From Octopus vulgaris (taxonomy: Eukaryota), in contig OX597814.1 of the NCBI GenBank assembly GCA_951406725.2, forward strand, positions 113,336,001 through 113,400,000: 64,000 bases of DNA, given 5' to 3'. Shown in pieces: positions 25,581-40,740 of this stretch. The first letter of the stretch is position 1, and each line of letters begins with the position of its first letter. Position numbers and translations under genes: made by a program. Below the pieces are notes generated by a model. The model searched no databases, was not told the origin of the DNA, and saw only the letters and a list, made by a program, of their open reading frames with translations.

Positions 25581-25642
<62 letters not shown>

Positions 25643-25683
25643 CATATATATATATATACGTATATATAAATACACACACACAC

Positions 25684-25753
<70 letters not shown>

Positions 25754-25828
25754 ATATACACAAACACACATATATATATGTGTGTGTATGTGTGTGTATA
25801 TAGAAATATATATATACATATATATACA

Positions 25829-25870
<42 letters not shown>

Positions 25871-26114
25871 TATATGTATATATATGTATATATGTATATG
25901 TATATATATGCATATATATGTATGTATATATATATATATATATATGTGTGTATATACATGTATATATGTAAATACATGTATATACATGTATATATATATA
26001 CATGTATATATATGTATATATATATATATATATATGATTGATTGATTGATTGATTCTAGTTTCAGCTTATGAGCTGTGGCCATGCTGGGGCACCGCCATT
26101 GCTGGGGTACCGCC

Positions 26115-26157
<43 letters not shown>

Positions 26158-26320
26158 GCATACGGGAATGAATTTCAGGGATTGAAATGTGCATCTAAAT
26201 CTTGTGCGATTTGAAATTGTAAATTTTAGAATTTTACGTTTTAAAATGTAAACAAATTTTAGGAAGTACGTATATATATATATATATATATATATCTATA
26301 TATACATATATATATATATA

Positions 26321-26964
26321 TACTACAAAATTAGAGAATGGAGAAACATACTTAAATCAATAAAACATCAACCATCCGATGATACCCAATCAATACTTTA
26401 ATACACCATTACATATGAGTAAAGGCATTATACAAAATGAGATATACAGTAATAGTAAAAAGATAAAGAGATATAAGTAAAAAATTTCAAATATAATATG
26501 CAATTAAATCAAAACTGACAGCTGTTTCGGCAGTGAGGGCAGTCATACCTCATTTAACCTATAAGCCATAAAGGCAGGTATAAATGAGGCATTAACAAGG
26601 ATGCCCCACGGCCTCTTCAGAGAATTAAATTAAATTTGTTATAATTGTGAAAAATATTATATAATCATATACATATAAATATAAAAATATAAAAATGTAA
26701 AATATAAAAACTTATACATCATAATGCTACACTTATATAATATAATACTCATTGGTACAATAAAGGAAGGTAAACAGAACAAAATAAAACAAAATATATA
26801 TCAGTGTATATATTAATATTAATAAGTACCGATATTATACATATTTGGCTAATAGTTTTTTTTTAAAAAAACTAACACATAGGGAGATGAAAAATAATAA
26901 TTAAAACCATGGTTCAGTTCATAAAATTCTAAAGCTATAAAAGTTAATAAAAATTACTATTAAT

Positions 26965-27019
<55 letters not shown>

Positions 27020-27979
27020 GATACAGTTAAGTTTGCACCAAGTCCATCCTTTCAAGATCGAAATAACTATGAGTTTAGAAATGCTGACCACTAGGTAAAG
27101 AAAATTTAGATTAATTCGATTGGCTATTGGTTTGAAATTTAAATCACAAAAGAAAATTATACGGTTGGTTAGTCAAGGAACGCCAATATTCACACACGCA
27201 TCTACAGATCAATCGCACATACACACATAGTTATATGTATATACATACACTTATACACATACATAATCACAAGCAACAACTAGCACATAGATAAACAAAA
27301 AGGGAAGCAACTATGCTACCATTTAGTCCTTCAAAATTATAACTGTGCCTCAAATAACGAAAAAGAACCACCCATGCATTTCATAAAATATTTAATTTAG
27401 ATATAAATATATTTTTAAATATCAGTATGTTACTAAGTCAGATAATTATTTCATGGGTAACTTAAAATTTATAACACCGGTTTGTTGCAAAGTAAACATA
27501 CGGTTGTTAGATTTATCGTAAGTTTGTTATGATTCATCCTTGTTAATGCCTCATTTATACCTGCCTTTATGGCTTATAGGTTAAATGAGGTATGACTGCC
27601 CTCACTGCCGAAACAGCTGTCAGTTTTGATTTAATTGCATATTATATTTGAAATTTTTTACTTATATCTCTTTATCTTTTTACTATTACTGTATATCTCA
27701 TTTTGTATAATGCCTTTACTCATATGTAATGGTGTATTAAAGTATTGATTGGGTATCATCGGATGGTTGATGTTTTATTGATTTAAGTATGTTTCTCCAT
27801 TCTCTAATTTTGTAGTATTAATTTACGGTAATATTATTACCTTTACCCATATAATACAATAGATGAACTGATTGTTTGACAACTTTTAACATCTATGTAT
27901 TAATCTTGTTGGGTACCTATCTGGCAGTATATTGGATATATATTATCCCATGGTGGGTTGAATTTTCAAACCCTATCTC

Positions 27980-27980
<1 letters not shown>
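26321..27980. mobile_element. Penelope-like remnant with 283-bp inverted repeat (26321-26603 / 27535-27817)
   Basis: Apparently perfect inverted repeat overlapping an HHR; between (TA)n tracts; weak ..YDKSNN.CLLC.. similarity to PLE endonuclease C-termini on minus near 27380-27530. Confidence 0.6.
26511..26626 (-). ncRNA. Type I hammerhead ribozyme with long branched stem II
   Basis: Minus: CTGAAGA-GGC...(nested hairpins)...GCC-GAAAC AGCT GTC; palindromic ACAGCTGT stem III; stem I weak. Confidence 0.6.
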
Positions 27981-28021
<41 letters not shown>

Positions 28022-28655
28022 TCATTCAATCATTTATTTATTCATTCATTCATACAAACATAGTGCATACATAGATACAAACATACATGCATACATGTGT
28101 GTGTGCGTGCATGCCTGAGTCTGTATGTATAACGTGATGGTTCAATCGATACATACAGAAAAACTTGGATGGCACTTTTTCCACATAGATAAAATGATGG
28201 ATACACACACACACACACACACGCACACACACACACACACACATACACACGTATATATGTATATATACATACATACATATATCTATATATATATATATAT
28301 GTATGTATATATATATTTATATATGTAATACTAAGCAATAAAGGGTTTGGCAACGAATTGCCTTACCACATACCGAATTTAGAAATAGCAGTCAAAGAGT
28401 TATAGCTATTTCTTCTACTAAAAAGGGAGATCTCAGTAAAAACAGCAATTGGAAGGCAGACACAAACAGGTAAGAGGGAATGAATTGACGGCAATCTATC
28501 ATACAATTTTAAGTTATCTACGGACGTACGTTTCGAAATCAAATATATACGTGTGTATGTGTGTGTGTGTGTGTGTGTGTATCCATCATTTTATCTATAT
28601 ACATACATATATATATATATATGTATGTATATATATATATATATTTATATATGTG

Positions 28656-28696
<41 letters not shown>

Positions 28697-28854
28697 GTAT
28701 ATCTGTGTTAAAGAGTTGTCAATACAAATATAATAGTGAATGCGTTTGCATATTATTTCCTGACGACATACAGACATGCTTACATATATTCATAATACAT
28801 ACATATATACATACATAAATACGTACATGTGTACATATATATGCATATATATAG

Positions 28855-28975
<121 letters not shown>

Positions 28976-28977
28976 TG

Positions 28978-29024
<47 letters not shown>

Positions 29025-29399
29025 TAAATACATAAATATGTACATACACACTTTCGTACGTACATACATGCATACAGAAATATATATATTTGCTCGTATA
29101 TAAGCATAAATATATGTATATATATATATGTATATCAGTAACATTAATAAAGTGTAAAATTAATTAATTAATTAGTAATTAATAATTTTACCAAGTTGTT
29201 CGGTATGTTAAAAGAACCCTTATCGGTAAACTTATACATAATTTCTTTATTATTACGAGTATAATGATAATTATAACATCTAGAAATAGATATTTTTATG
29301 GTAGTGAAATAGTTGGTTTTAACTGCTATTTCTAAATTTCGGTATGTGGTGAAGCAAATTTTTGCTGAAGCCTAATTATAATTATGCTCATAATTATAA

Positions 29400-29436
<37 letters not shown>

Positions 29437-29469
29437 ATAAATATACATGTATATATATATATATATAAC

Positions 29470-29515
<46 letters not shown>

Positions 29516-29672
29516 AGAGAGAGGGAGCGAGAGCGAGATGGCTAGGAGGTGTTAGTGTCTGAGTTAGTGTATGAATTTTAAAATATAGTTGCATGAATAA
29601 ACATACTAAAATATTTTTTTGAAATAGTATGCGTATATTTGAGACGTATCGTGTGTGTGTGTGTGTATGTGT

Positions 29673-29711
<39 letters not shown>

Positions 29712-29724
29712 TATGTGTGTATGT

Positions 29725-29763
<39 letters not shown>

Positions 29764-29860
29764 TATGTGTGTATGTGTGTATGTGTGTATGTGTGTATGT
29801 ATGTATGTATGTATGTATGTATGTATGTATGTATGTATGTGTGTGTGTATGTGTGTATGT

Positions 29861-29906
<46 letters not shown>

Positions 29907-30008
29907 TTATTTATTTATATAGTATATATATATTGTGTGTGTATATATATACATATATATATTTATATAGTAATATAGTATATATATAATATACATATAG
30001 TGTATATA

Positions 30009-30044
<36 letters not shown>

Positions 30045-30151
30045 GTTTATGAATTTGTGTTGCAAGATTCCTAATGTGAAGTCATGTGTTGAAACAAATA
30101 TTGTATTTCGGGATGGTCATTTACTGTTTTTAATACACTTATGTATATGTA

Positions 30152-30196
<45 letters not shown>

Positions 30197-30231
30197 ATTA
30201 TAGTTGTTGTTAGTATTATTATTATTATTAT

Positions 30232-30280
<49 letters not shown>

Positions 30281-30306
30281 TGTAGTAGTAGCAGCAGCAG
30301 CAGCAA

Positions 30307-30390
<84 letters not shown>

Positions 30391-30394
30391 AATC

Positions 30395-30429
<35 letters not shown>

Positions 30430-30434
30430 TTCAC

Positions 30435-31052
30435 TAGCTAATTTGCAAAAACCTGGACTTACCCCATGACAAAAACTGGTGGGAACACAAACCACGTTCA
30501 GTATTTGAAAATGATCACATCTCACTCCTCTGGAACTTCACCATTCAAACTGACAGAAAGATAGATGCAAATAGGCCAGACATCATATTGAAGACTTCAG
30601 ACAAAAATCATGCCGCCTCATTAATATGACTGTCCCAATCGATATAAACGTATCTGTTAAGACCTGCAAAAAACTGAACAAATATAAAGATCTTGAAATA
30701 GAAATTAGCAAAATGTGGAATCTGAAGTCTAAAAGAATATCTGTTGTCATAGGTGCCCTAGGAATGATAGCAAAAGGGGCTGATTGCTACCTAGCTCTGA
30801 TACCAAGAAACCCCAAAATGGGGCTTCCTGTCCATATCCTACGCAAAATACTTTCTATGTAATCTCAAGTTTTAAAACAAACACATAATTTTCTTATGCT
30901 TTCTTAAACATTCTCTAGAACAATACTATGTACAAAACCAAATATATGACACCCTAGGCATAACACTAACATGAACCTCTAACTTGTCTCTTGAAGTCTC
31001 TGGGTGAGACTTGGAGCCATCTCGTACAAATACAAAGCAAATGTCAAACATA
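30435..31052 (+). mobile_element. R4/Dong-like retrotransposon 3' remnant in (TAA)n
   Basis: WEHKPRSVFENDHISLLWNFTIQTDRKIDANRPDIIL...NMTVPID...KYKDLEIEISKMWNLK...VVIGALG; frameshifted; (TAA)n flanks. Confidence 0.8.
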
Positions 31053-31063
31053 AAATAATAATA

Positions 31064-31095
<32 letters not shown>

Positions 31096-31117
31096 AACGA
31101 CGAGGACGACGACGACG

Positions 31118-31149
<32 letters not shown>

Positions 31150-31150
<1 letters not shown>

Positions 31151-31361
31151 GTTTTAAATTTTGGCACAAGGTCAGCAATTCTGAGAATCGGGTAAGCCGA
31201 TTTCATCGATCCCAATACTCAACTGGCACTTATTTTCTTGACCCCGAAGGGATGAAGAACAAAGTCGGCCTCGGCGGAGTTTGAACTCAGAACATAAGGA
31301 TGGACGAAATGCCGGAATGCATTTTGCTCGTCGTGCTAACGGTTCTGCCAGTTCACCGCCT
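31150..31361 (-). mobile_element. Diverged SINE family A copy
   Basis: gaccccgaagggatgaa...ttgaactcagaac...gctaacggttctgccag. Confidence 0.7.
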
Positions 31362-31414
31362 CAACAACAACAGCAGCAACAACAACAACGCATATAAGGA
31401 AAAAGGATAGTGCC

Positions 31415-31536
31415 AGAGCCTCGTGGAGATTTAGGTGTTTTCGCCCTATAAACACTCACAACGCCCGGTCTGGGAATCGAAACCGCGATCCTACGACCGC
31501 GTGTTCGCTACCCTAACCACTCGGCCATTGCGCCAC
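31415..31536 (-). mobile_element. SINE family C 5' fragment
   Basis: Minus tRNA-like head TGGCCGAGTGGTTAGG...GGTTTCGATTCCC; taggtgttttcgc matches family C. Confidence 0.65.
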
Positions 31537-31607
31537 CACACACACACACCCACACACATACTCTCACACACAGATACACACATATATATGGACGTATGTA
31601 CGTGGTT

Positions 31608-31642
<35 letters not shown>

Positions 31643-32329
31643 CACACGCGTCCGCGCGCTCGCACATACAAACACACACACACATACAGATTATTAATGA
31701 ATTATATTATTGCTAAAGGAAATGACTGTAATACAACCAAGCGTACATACACATACACACACACGCACACACGCACACACACACACACACACACATCTTC
31801 ACATACACATGTGCAGTCACACATGCACGAACATATACACACAAATACATACATCCATTGAGAGACGGCGAATGCGAGAGGGTGGCGCGAAACGGAAAGA
31901 CACACAGACAGACAACAGATATGAATTGAAACACATTAACAGTGTCTGGTAGAAATCTGGTCAAGTGGTTTGATAGGAACGATAAGATGCAATAGAATAA
32001 TTTCTGATTGAATCACAAAATACAGGTATTGTTTTCAAACGGTTCAAGTGGTTTGCGTTGACCCTTAATGACATTCCCAGCACCGCACACTTTTACAATG
32101 GTTTTCACAGTTCCAAATGGGGACTTCAATGGTCTTCACAGTTCCAGTAAAGAATACAATGGTCTTTAATGAAGTCAGATACGCATCCGATAATTTAAAC
32201 AAATATTCCTTATTTCGAGTTAGAAATAGGTGACTATTATTCTATGCTTTACGGCCTATTTTTTTGTGTATCTTTTTTTTTTGTTTTGTAATTTTTGACA
32301 GGATCGTTAGCAGGGGTGGCTGTGTGGTA

Positions 32330-32469
32330 AGAAGCTTGCTTTCCAACCACATGAATATGGGTTCAGTCCCACTACGTGGCACCTAGGGCAAATTTCTTCT
32401 ACAACAACTTCGGGCCAACCAAAGCCTTGTGAGTGGATTTGGTAGACGGAAACTGAAAGAAGTCCATCG

Positions 32470-32530
<61 letters not shown>
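32330..32530 (+). mobile_element. SINE family B 5' half
   Basis: Head and CORE-like region, then (TG)n. Confidence 0.75.
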
Positions 32531-32532
<2 letters not shown>

Positions 32533-32789
32533 CCCCTTGTGGGCAGTAAAGAAATAAGGATCGTTAGCATGCCGGTCAAAATGTTTACCGGCATTACGTC
32601 TCTGAGTTCAAATTCCACCGAGGTCTCAACATTGCTTCTTATCCTTTCCAATTCGATAAAATAAAGTACCATTTGAACTCTGAGATCGATGTTAAGTGAT
32701 TAACGCTCTTCACCATTGCTGGTCTTGTGGAAAAATTAGAAAGAATATTTTAGCAGCAGTATTATTATTATTATTATTATTATTATTTA

Positions 32790-33421
32790 TTTATTTATTG
32801 CCCACAGGTGGCTAAACATACAGGGGACAAACAAAGGGATTAAGTCAATTACATCGACCCCAGTGCGTAACTAGTACTTATTTAATCGACACCGAAAGGA
32901 TGTAAGACAAAGTCGATCCCGGCGGAATTTGAACTTAGAACGTAATGGCAGACGAAATACTGCTAAGCATTTCTGCCAGCTCCTCCTCCTCCTCCTCCTC
33001 CTCTTCTTTTTCGTCTTCTTCTTCTTCTTCTTCTTCTTCTTCTTCTTCTTCTTCTTCTTCTTCTTCTTCTTCTTCTTCTTTTTGTTGTTGTTGTTGTTAC
33101 TATTTAAGTAAATACGTTTCCCCACGATTTATTTTAATTGTTTCCAGTGATTTTTTTGTTTCCTTTTGTATTTAGTCTTTAAGATTCTTGATGTGAATTC
33201 ATGTATTGAAACAAATCTTGTATCTTTGGAGGGCCATTATGCCGATAACAATAATTATTATAATTTCTTTATTGCCCACATAGAGGTGACAAACAAGGAC
33301 TGACAAAGGGATCGAGTCGATTACATTGACCCCAGTGCGTAACTGGTATTTATTTAATCGACACCGAAAGGATGAAAGGCAAAGTCGACCTCGGCGGAAT
33401 TTGAACTCAGAACGTAACGGC
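32790..33421 (-). mobile_element. Two SINE family A fragments (32790-32980, 33263-33421)
   Basis: Family A central domain and tail on minus. Confidence 0.75.
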
Positions 33422-33447
33422 AATATTATTATTATTATTTAATAATA

Positions 33448-34061
<614 letters not shown>

Positions 34062-34413
34062 CACACGCATTGTTAAATATCTAACCAATTAACTAATCGA
34101 TCCTTTCTTTAATGATGCAGGTTAAACGATCCATAGCTTGTTTGTTAGTCAAACACCCTTCATCGCTTTTCGCAACCTTTTCCGCGATTTGTCATCGAGT
34201 CACTGGAAAAGTTGCGAACAGTGATAAAAGAAATTTGATTATCAAACAAACTTCATTGTTTTTTTTAAAGCCAGGTACTTTGTTTGTATCGGACTCTTTT
34301 GCCAAACGGCGAGCTACAGGAGCGTAAACGAACCAACACCGGTTGTCAACTGGTGGTGATGGTGGAGCCAAAACCAATTTTATCATAGATTTATATCAAT
34401 ATATGTATACAAA

Positions 34414-34446
<33 letters not shown>

Positions 34447-34523
34447 ATGTGTGTGTGTGTGTGTACGTCTGTGTGCTATGCATACATCTTTGTGCGCAAA
34501 CGCATACAGACACACGCACGGAA

Positions 34524-34554
<31 letters not shown>

Positions 34555-34869
34555 AAAATATGAGTCTCAACCACATGAGTGGTTGAGGCTCATGCGGATC
34601 TCTCTTTAGCGTAAGGGCGTCCATATAGTGGATTCTCTCTCATATTTATGTATTAATAATATTTACGGAATCTGTTTTTTATGCGCTAAACCACTGGTGT
34701 TAAATTGATATTATTAAATTAATATCAAATTTTTTCACCCTCATTTTGATTTTAATATATATACACATAAACACGCGCGCGCGCACACACATACACATAC
34801 ACACACTCAAAAACAATTATATATATATACACACACACACAAAAACAATTATATATATATATATATATA

Positions 34870-34995
34870 TATTTTATAGAAGGAGCTTCTACAGGACTAG
34901 AACTGTTTCATTCAGATGAAATCTTCAGGAAGCTTCCTGAAGATTTCATCTGAATGAAACAGTTCTAGTCCTGTAGAAGCTCCTTCTATAAAATA
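34870..34995. repeat. 126-bp perfect palindrome centred on AAGCTT
   Basis: tattttatagaaggagc...ggaag|cttcc...gctccttctataaaata; no spacer. Confidence 0.9.
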
Positions 34996-35062
34996 AATAC
35001 TTTACTCTGCAATGTATTGAGTACCTTATTTACTGTGGTTAACCCCGACTCAACCCGGGGCC

Positions 35063-35108
<46 letters not shown>

Positions 35109-35787
35109 TTTTTACTACTATTTACTATTTATTGTTTTTATTGTTTTGTACTTTATTGATTTAAAATAAGGTTTTTATAGTATATGTTTTTCTATATGGT
35201 GTGAATAACAGCTTACATTATTGAATTGTTTAATAGAGGTTGTTCTCTAAATTATATACGTATATGTACATATATATAGATATATATACTTGTGTGTGTG
35301 TGTGTGTGTGTGTGTATAAATATCTATGCATATACATGTATATATGTCTGTATGTATAGATATATAATGTTGCATGTATTCGTGTGTACGTGCGTATGTA
35401 GCAATCTTTTCTGTTCGTATGAACACGACTCGGTCCTTTCACGATCCTTTCTCGGTCCTTTCTCTTTTAATGTCTTACTTCTTCGTCGCACCACTGTTGG
35501 TTCCTGTCTAGAAACATTGATACAAATTCAAAGCGACTTTCATTACAGAGCTGCATATGTGTAACCACAACTCACGTATTTGATTACAGGAAGTTAGAAA
35601 TCATCATTGTCATTTATTGAACATCCAATTTCCGGTTGCTATTTGTTTCCATACGATAGTCTTATAAGATAAAGCTAAGGAATATTAATTATATAGACTT
35701 GACAGCATATATATATATATACATACATACATGCATTCATACATACATACATGCATACATACATACGTACATACATACATACATACA

Positions 35788-35849
<62 letters not shown>

Positions 35850-35906
35850 TATACATGTATAAATAAATATGTATTATACGTATATGGATGTATGCATAAG
35901 TGTGTA

Positions 35907-35943
<37 letters not shown>

Positions 35944-36312
35944 TATGTATACATCTATATGTATGTATGTATGCATGTATGTATGTATGGACGTCATAAG
36001 AATTCAGAGACTTCGAGAGTGTGAAACACTTCATTATTTGAATGGTAAATCTCGAAGCAGATATAGCTGTACACAATAGCGTGTAAAGAACGCTGTGTCA
36101 AAATGTTCTTTGGAAAGAAAAACTCGAAGGCTGCTTACAAGTATGTATGCAGGTGTGTGTGTATGTGTGTGCGTGTATATATATATATATAATTAATCAG
36201 CCGAAATTGCGAGGATGATCCGGTTCTTGACTGAAGATTGAAGGCTTCGTCCGTGTTTTTTGTATCGTCTTCTAAATGTTTTGCGTTCTTGTCCCAGTTT
36301 GTATTTTTTAAC

Positions 36313-36351
<39 letters not shown>

Positions 36352-36389
36352 GTAAATAATATATAATATATAATAATATAACATAATAT

Positions 36390-36420
<31 letters not shown>

Positions 36421-37924
36421 TACATACATACATATATGGGTACAGGACATCACCAATGGTGCAAATAACATGAAATACGTAAACAAACAAGTTAAATACG
36501 TAAACATCGAGAAAAATCGAAAACAAGACAAGTAAACACAGAGAACGGACTCTTCATGAGTTGTCGGCTGTCTATCTACTCCTTATTTCGAGCATTCAAT
36601 GACAAATGAGTCTTCGGGCTCCGTTGACCGAAAAGTTAACTTCGTTAATCGTTAATTCGTTAACCAAAAGGTTAACTTCGCTTATCGTTAATCCGTTAAT
36701 TCTTTGAAATTGTAACGGAAGCAAATCTGCAGTTTAATATCCCACCGACTTTGCTGCCTCATAACTTCCAGAAAAATGGATACTTTTTAACGAAACTTTC
36801 ACCAAATAATCGCTTATATCCTGTAGATTGAGGCTATTTAAAGGTTTGTTAAGAAAATAGTTTCTAAGGGGTCGGTGAGGGGAGTTTCGGAAACTTCATA
36901 GGACCCGACATTTTCACCTCACATAACTTTTGAGAATATAGGTACTTTTTAAAGAAATTTTATACAAATACCTTTCAAACGGTGTAGATTATGATTACAA
37001 AGAAATTTATGGGCAAAATTTTTGAAAAGGGGCGATGGAGGGGGAGTTTCTGGGAAACTGAGTTTCGGATCAGACGGCCCACTTAAGTTGGAATTTCTCC
37101 GTTTTGACGAGGATTTTTTCCAATGTTTTTCACCAAAGTTTTCAGAACGATGGAAGGTAAATTTTCAAGACAAAAGAGAAAAAAATTTTGAAAGAATTTT
37201 TTTTCACTCCCACCACCTCCTCACCACATTAATCTGAAATGATTTTGGCCATTTTTCTTTTTTCACTACGCACATGAAACCCGTGAGAGAAATATTTTCG
37301 CTTTGAGAAAATATTAATAATTTCAGAGGAAAATGTGTGGTTTAAGAGAGACCTCGCTGTTGTTTCTAGCACATCTTAAAACCTCCATCATCGTTTCTTT
37401 CTCACACATCTATTGATATTTTTCAATAATTTAAATATGCATATGCGTATATATATGCATATATATGTGTGTGTATGTGTGTGTAAGTATATATATATGG
37501 CCTGATGGTTAGTGGTTAGGCTGTTGCACTCACGGGTGCTAGATCATGGGTTCGATTCTCTGATTGGGCAGCGCGTTGTCTTCTTGGGCGCTCCAGTTCC
37601 CCTTTCGATCAGTAGGAATGTTGACCTGCTCGTCTAGCTAGCGGAGTTTACTTGAAGGGTAAAGCAATGCAAAACGCATTGTGACCAGCGATGTGTAACA
37701 TCTGAAAGCCTGGTCGGTCACCGCGATTACGTGGTATGAATATGTATATATATATAAATTTAAATGTACACACACACACACTCACACACACACACACAGA
37801 CATACACACATACACACACACTCACATATATATACACACACATATGTATAATATATATATAGACATATGCATAATATATATATAGACATATGCATAATAT
37901 ATATATATATATATATGTGCTTGT

Positions 37925-37982
<58 letters not shown>

Positions 37983-38097
37983 GCACATACACACAGACTC
38001 ACATATATATATACACACACACATGCATAATATATATATAGACATATGCATAATATATATATAGACATATGCATAATATATATATATATGTGCATGT

Positions 38098-38178
<81 letters not shown>

Positions 38179-38409
38179 GGTATGTAGAAAAATACAACAT
38201 GGACAAGAACGTATAACTCTTAGAAGACGACACAATAAACACGGACAGGACATTCGAAACCCTCAGTCTTCAGTCAAGAACCGGATCATATATATATATA
38301 TATACGCACATACACACAGACACATATATATACACACATACAAACAGACACATATATATATAAACTCACACATATATCTCTTTTATTGGACAGCTTCTCA
38401 ATGAATGTA

Positions 38410-38445
<36 letters not shown>

Positions 38446-39084
38446 CGCATATATCGTTAGTATTGGACTGCTTCTCAATGGACCAATGACAGGATTGCTG
38501 CTTAGTCACTCAGAAATAACAGAAATGCTAGAAATAGAGGCTAAACCACCTTCAAATCGCACTTTTACCATTAAAAAGCTTGTAAATATTTGTTGAGGTA
38601 ATCTCAAACGATTTTCTTTATTGGAAATAGAAAACTAAATGAGGGCCCATGACTATGATAGTCTGCTCTGAGATAGGACTAAGCAACACAAACAACAACA
38701 ACAACAACAACGATAGCAACACCACTAACAATAACAACAGTAACACCACCAACGCCACTGCCACCATCACTAACAGCAGTAGCAGTACCACTACCAAAAA
38801 CAACAACAGCAATAACAACAACCACATTTGCAGTAATTACAATAGTCAGTCGTTACACTTGATTTTAATTTAATGGTCTTTCAATTGCGTACACAGTGTT
38901 TTTCTACAGCCCGGCAAGCTTTCGCAACATCAGTGTATGGTTTATTCAGTGTTTCTTGTATACCGAGAAACGAATTTCATATAAGCAAGTGACAATCGGG
39001 CTACACGGCGTTGACAAGCCTCAAGAAAGAGCGAAACGCGTCTGTTATTCACCTAGGTCACTACAGTGACGATATTCGTCTCGC

Positions 39085-39183
<99 letters not shown>

Positions 39184-39513
39184 CGTCCGTTTGTCTGTCT
39201 GTCTGACTATCTATCTATCTAGCACTTTACTCTCATGTGTTTATTTTCTCCCTGCCTGAGGTTACCGTGGTCTTTTATGTAGGCTTTTCTTTCCACGGAT
39301 GAACCTAATCTTGTTTGTTACTTACAAATTTTTTTTTTCTTTCTGTGATACACGATACCTTTTGATCGCTTTTTTTTCTTCCGATCCCTTTTGATCGAAA
39401 TTTTACATTTGTTTCCTTTTTTTCTTCTTTTTCTTTTTCCATCTACGAAAAGAAAAGCTCTACATTTGTAATTGTCCCCTCTGTGTCCAACCCTGTGTGG
39501 CCAATAAAGAAAG

Positions 39514-39594
<81 letters not shown>

Positions 39595-39635
39595 AATCTA
39601 TCTATCTATCTGTCTGTCTGTCTCCCCTCTCTCTG

Positions 39636-39688
<53 letters not shown>

Positions 39689-40159
39689 CTATTTATCTAT
39701 CTATCTATATATCTATCTATCTATCTATCTATTTAATGCGTATCTGTAATTATATGTTTGTGAGTGTATATATTATGCATGTATGCATATTATAATGTAT
39801 GTACATATGTATATATTACGCATATAAATGTGTAAACATATACATACATACACACATACACATACACGTGCGCACACACACATGTTTCATATGGAAATAT
39901 ATATTTATACGAGAGAGATTTTTTATTATCTCGGATCAAAACAGCAGTAACTTGCTTGTAAACGGTGTATATACATTAAGGATATATATATGTGTGTGTG
40001 TATGCGTGTGCGTGTAAGTATGTATATATACATATATCCGTTTATACAAACACACAAACACACACGCACACATACACACACACATATATGTACATCCAGT
40101 TTTAATATAAACAGCAGGTTGCAATGTTTCAACATATATCTATCTATCTATATATATAT

Positions 40160-40535
40160 TTTCTCTTTTTACTTGTTTCAGCTGGAGCACCGCCTTTAAT
40201 CGAGCAACTCGACCCCACGACTTATTCTTTGTAAGCCCAGTACTTATTCTATCGGTCTCTTTTGCCGAACCGCTAAGTGATGGGGACATAAACGCACCAG
40301 CATCGGTTGTCAAGCAATGCTAGGGGGACAAACACAGACACACAAACATACACGCACATACATATATATACATATATACGACGGGCTTCTTTCAGTTTCC
40401 GTCTACCAAATCCACTCACAAGGCATTGGTCGGCCCGAGGCTATAGTAGGAGACACTTGCCCAAGTTGCCACGCAGTGGGACTGAACCCGGAACCATGTG
40501 GTTGGTAAACAAGCTACTTACCACACAGCCACTCC

Positions 40536-40633
<98 letters not shown>

Positions 40634-40696
40634 GCGGTGCTCCAGCATGGCCGCAGTCAAATGACTGAAACAAGTAAAAGAGTAAAAGAGTAAAGA

Positions 40697-40697
<1 letters not shown>
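40160..40697 (-). mobile_element. SINE family B (40160-40537) plus inverted tail fragment (40631-40697)
   Basis: Family B sequence. Confidence 0.8.

Positions 40698-40740
<43 letters not shown>

Larger units (their letters stand above)
23935..25590. mobile_element. 506/507-bp hammerhead-containing repeat: ~1.3 units on minus (23935-24609), then ~1.9 units on plus (24609-25590)
   Basis: ccaattaaggactg at 23939 and 24445 (period 506); aactgctgct at 24609 and 25116 (period 507); near-identical copies; flanked by (TA)n; no ORF. Confidence 0.9.

Noticed and set aside
36575-36622. Minus-strand CCGAAGA...GAAAT motif
   Set aside because: Stem II does not close and there is no convincing stem I or III
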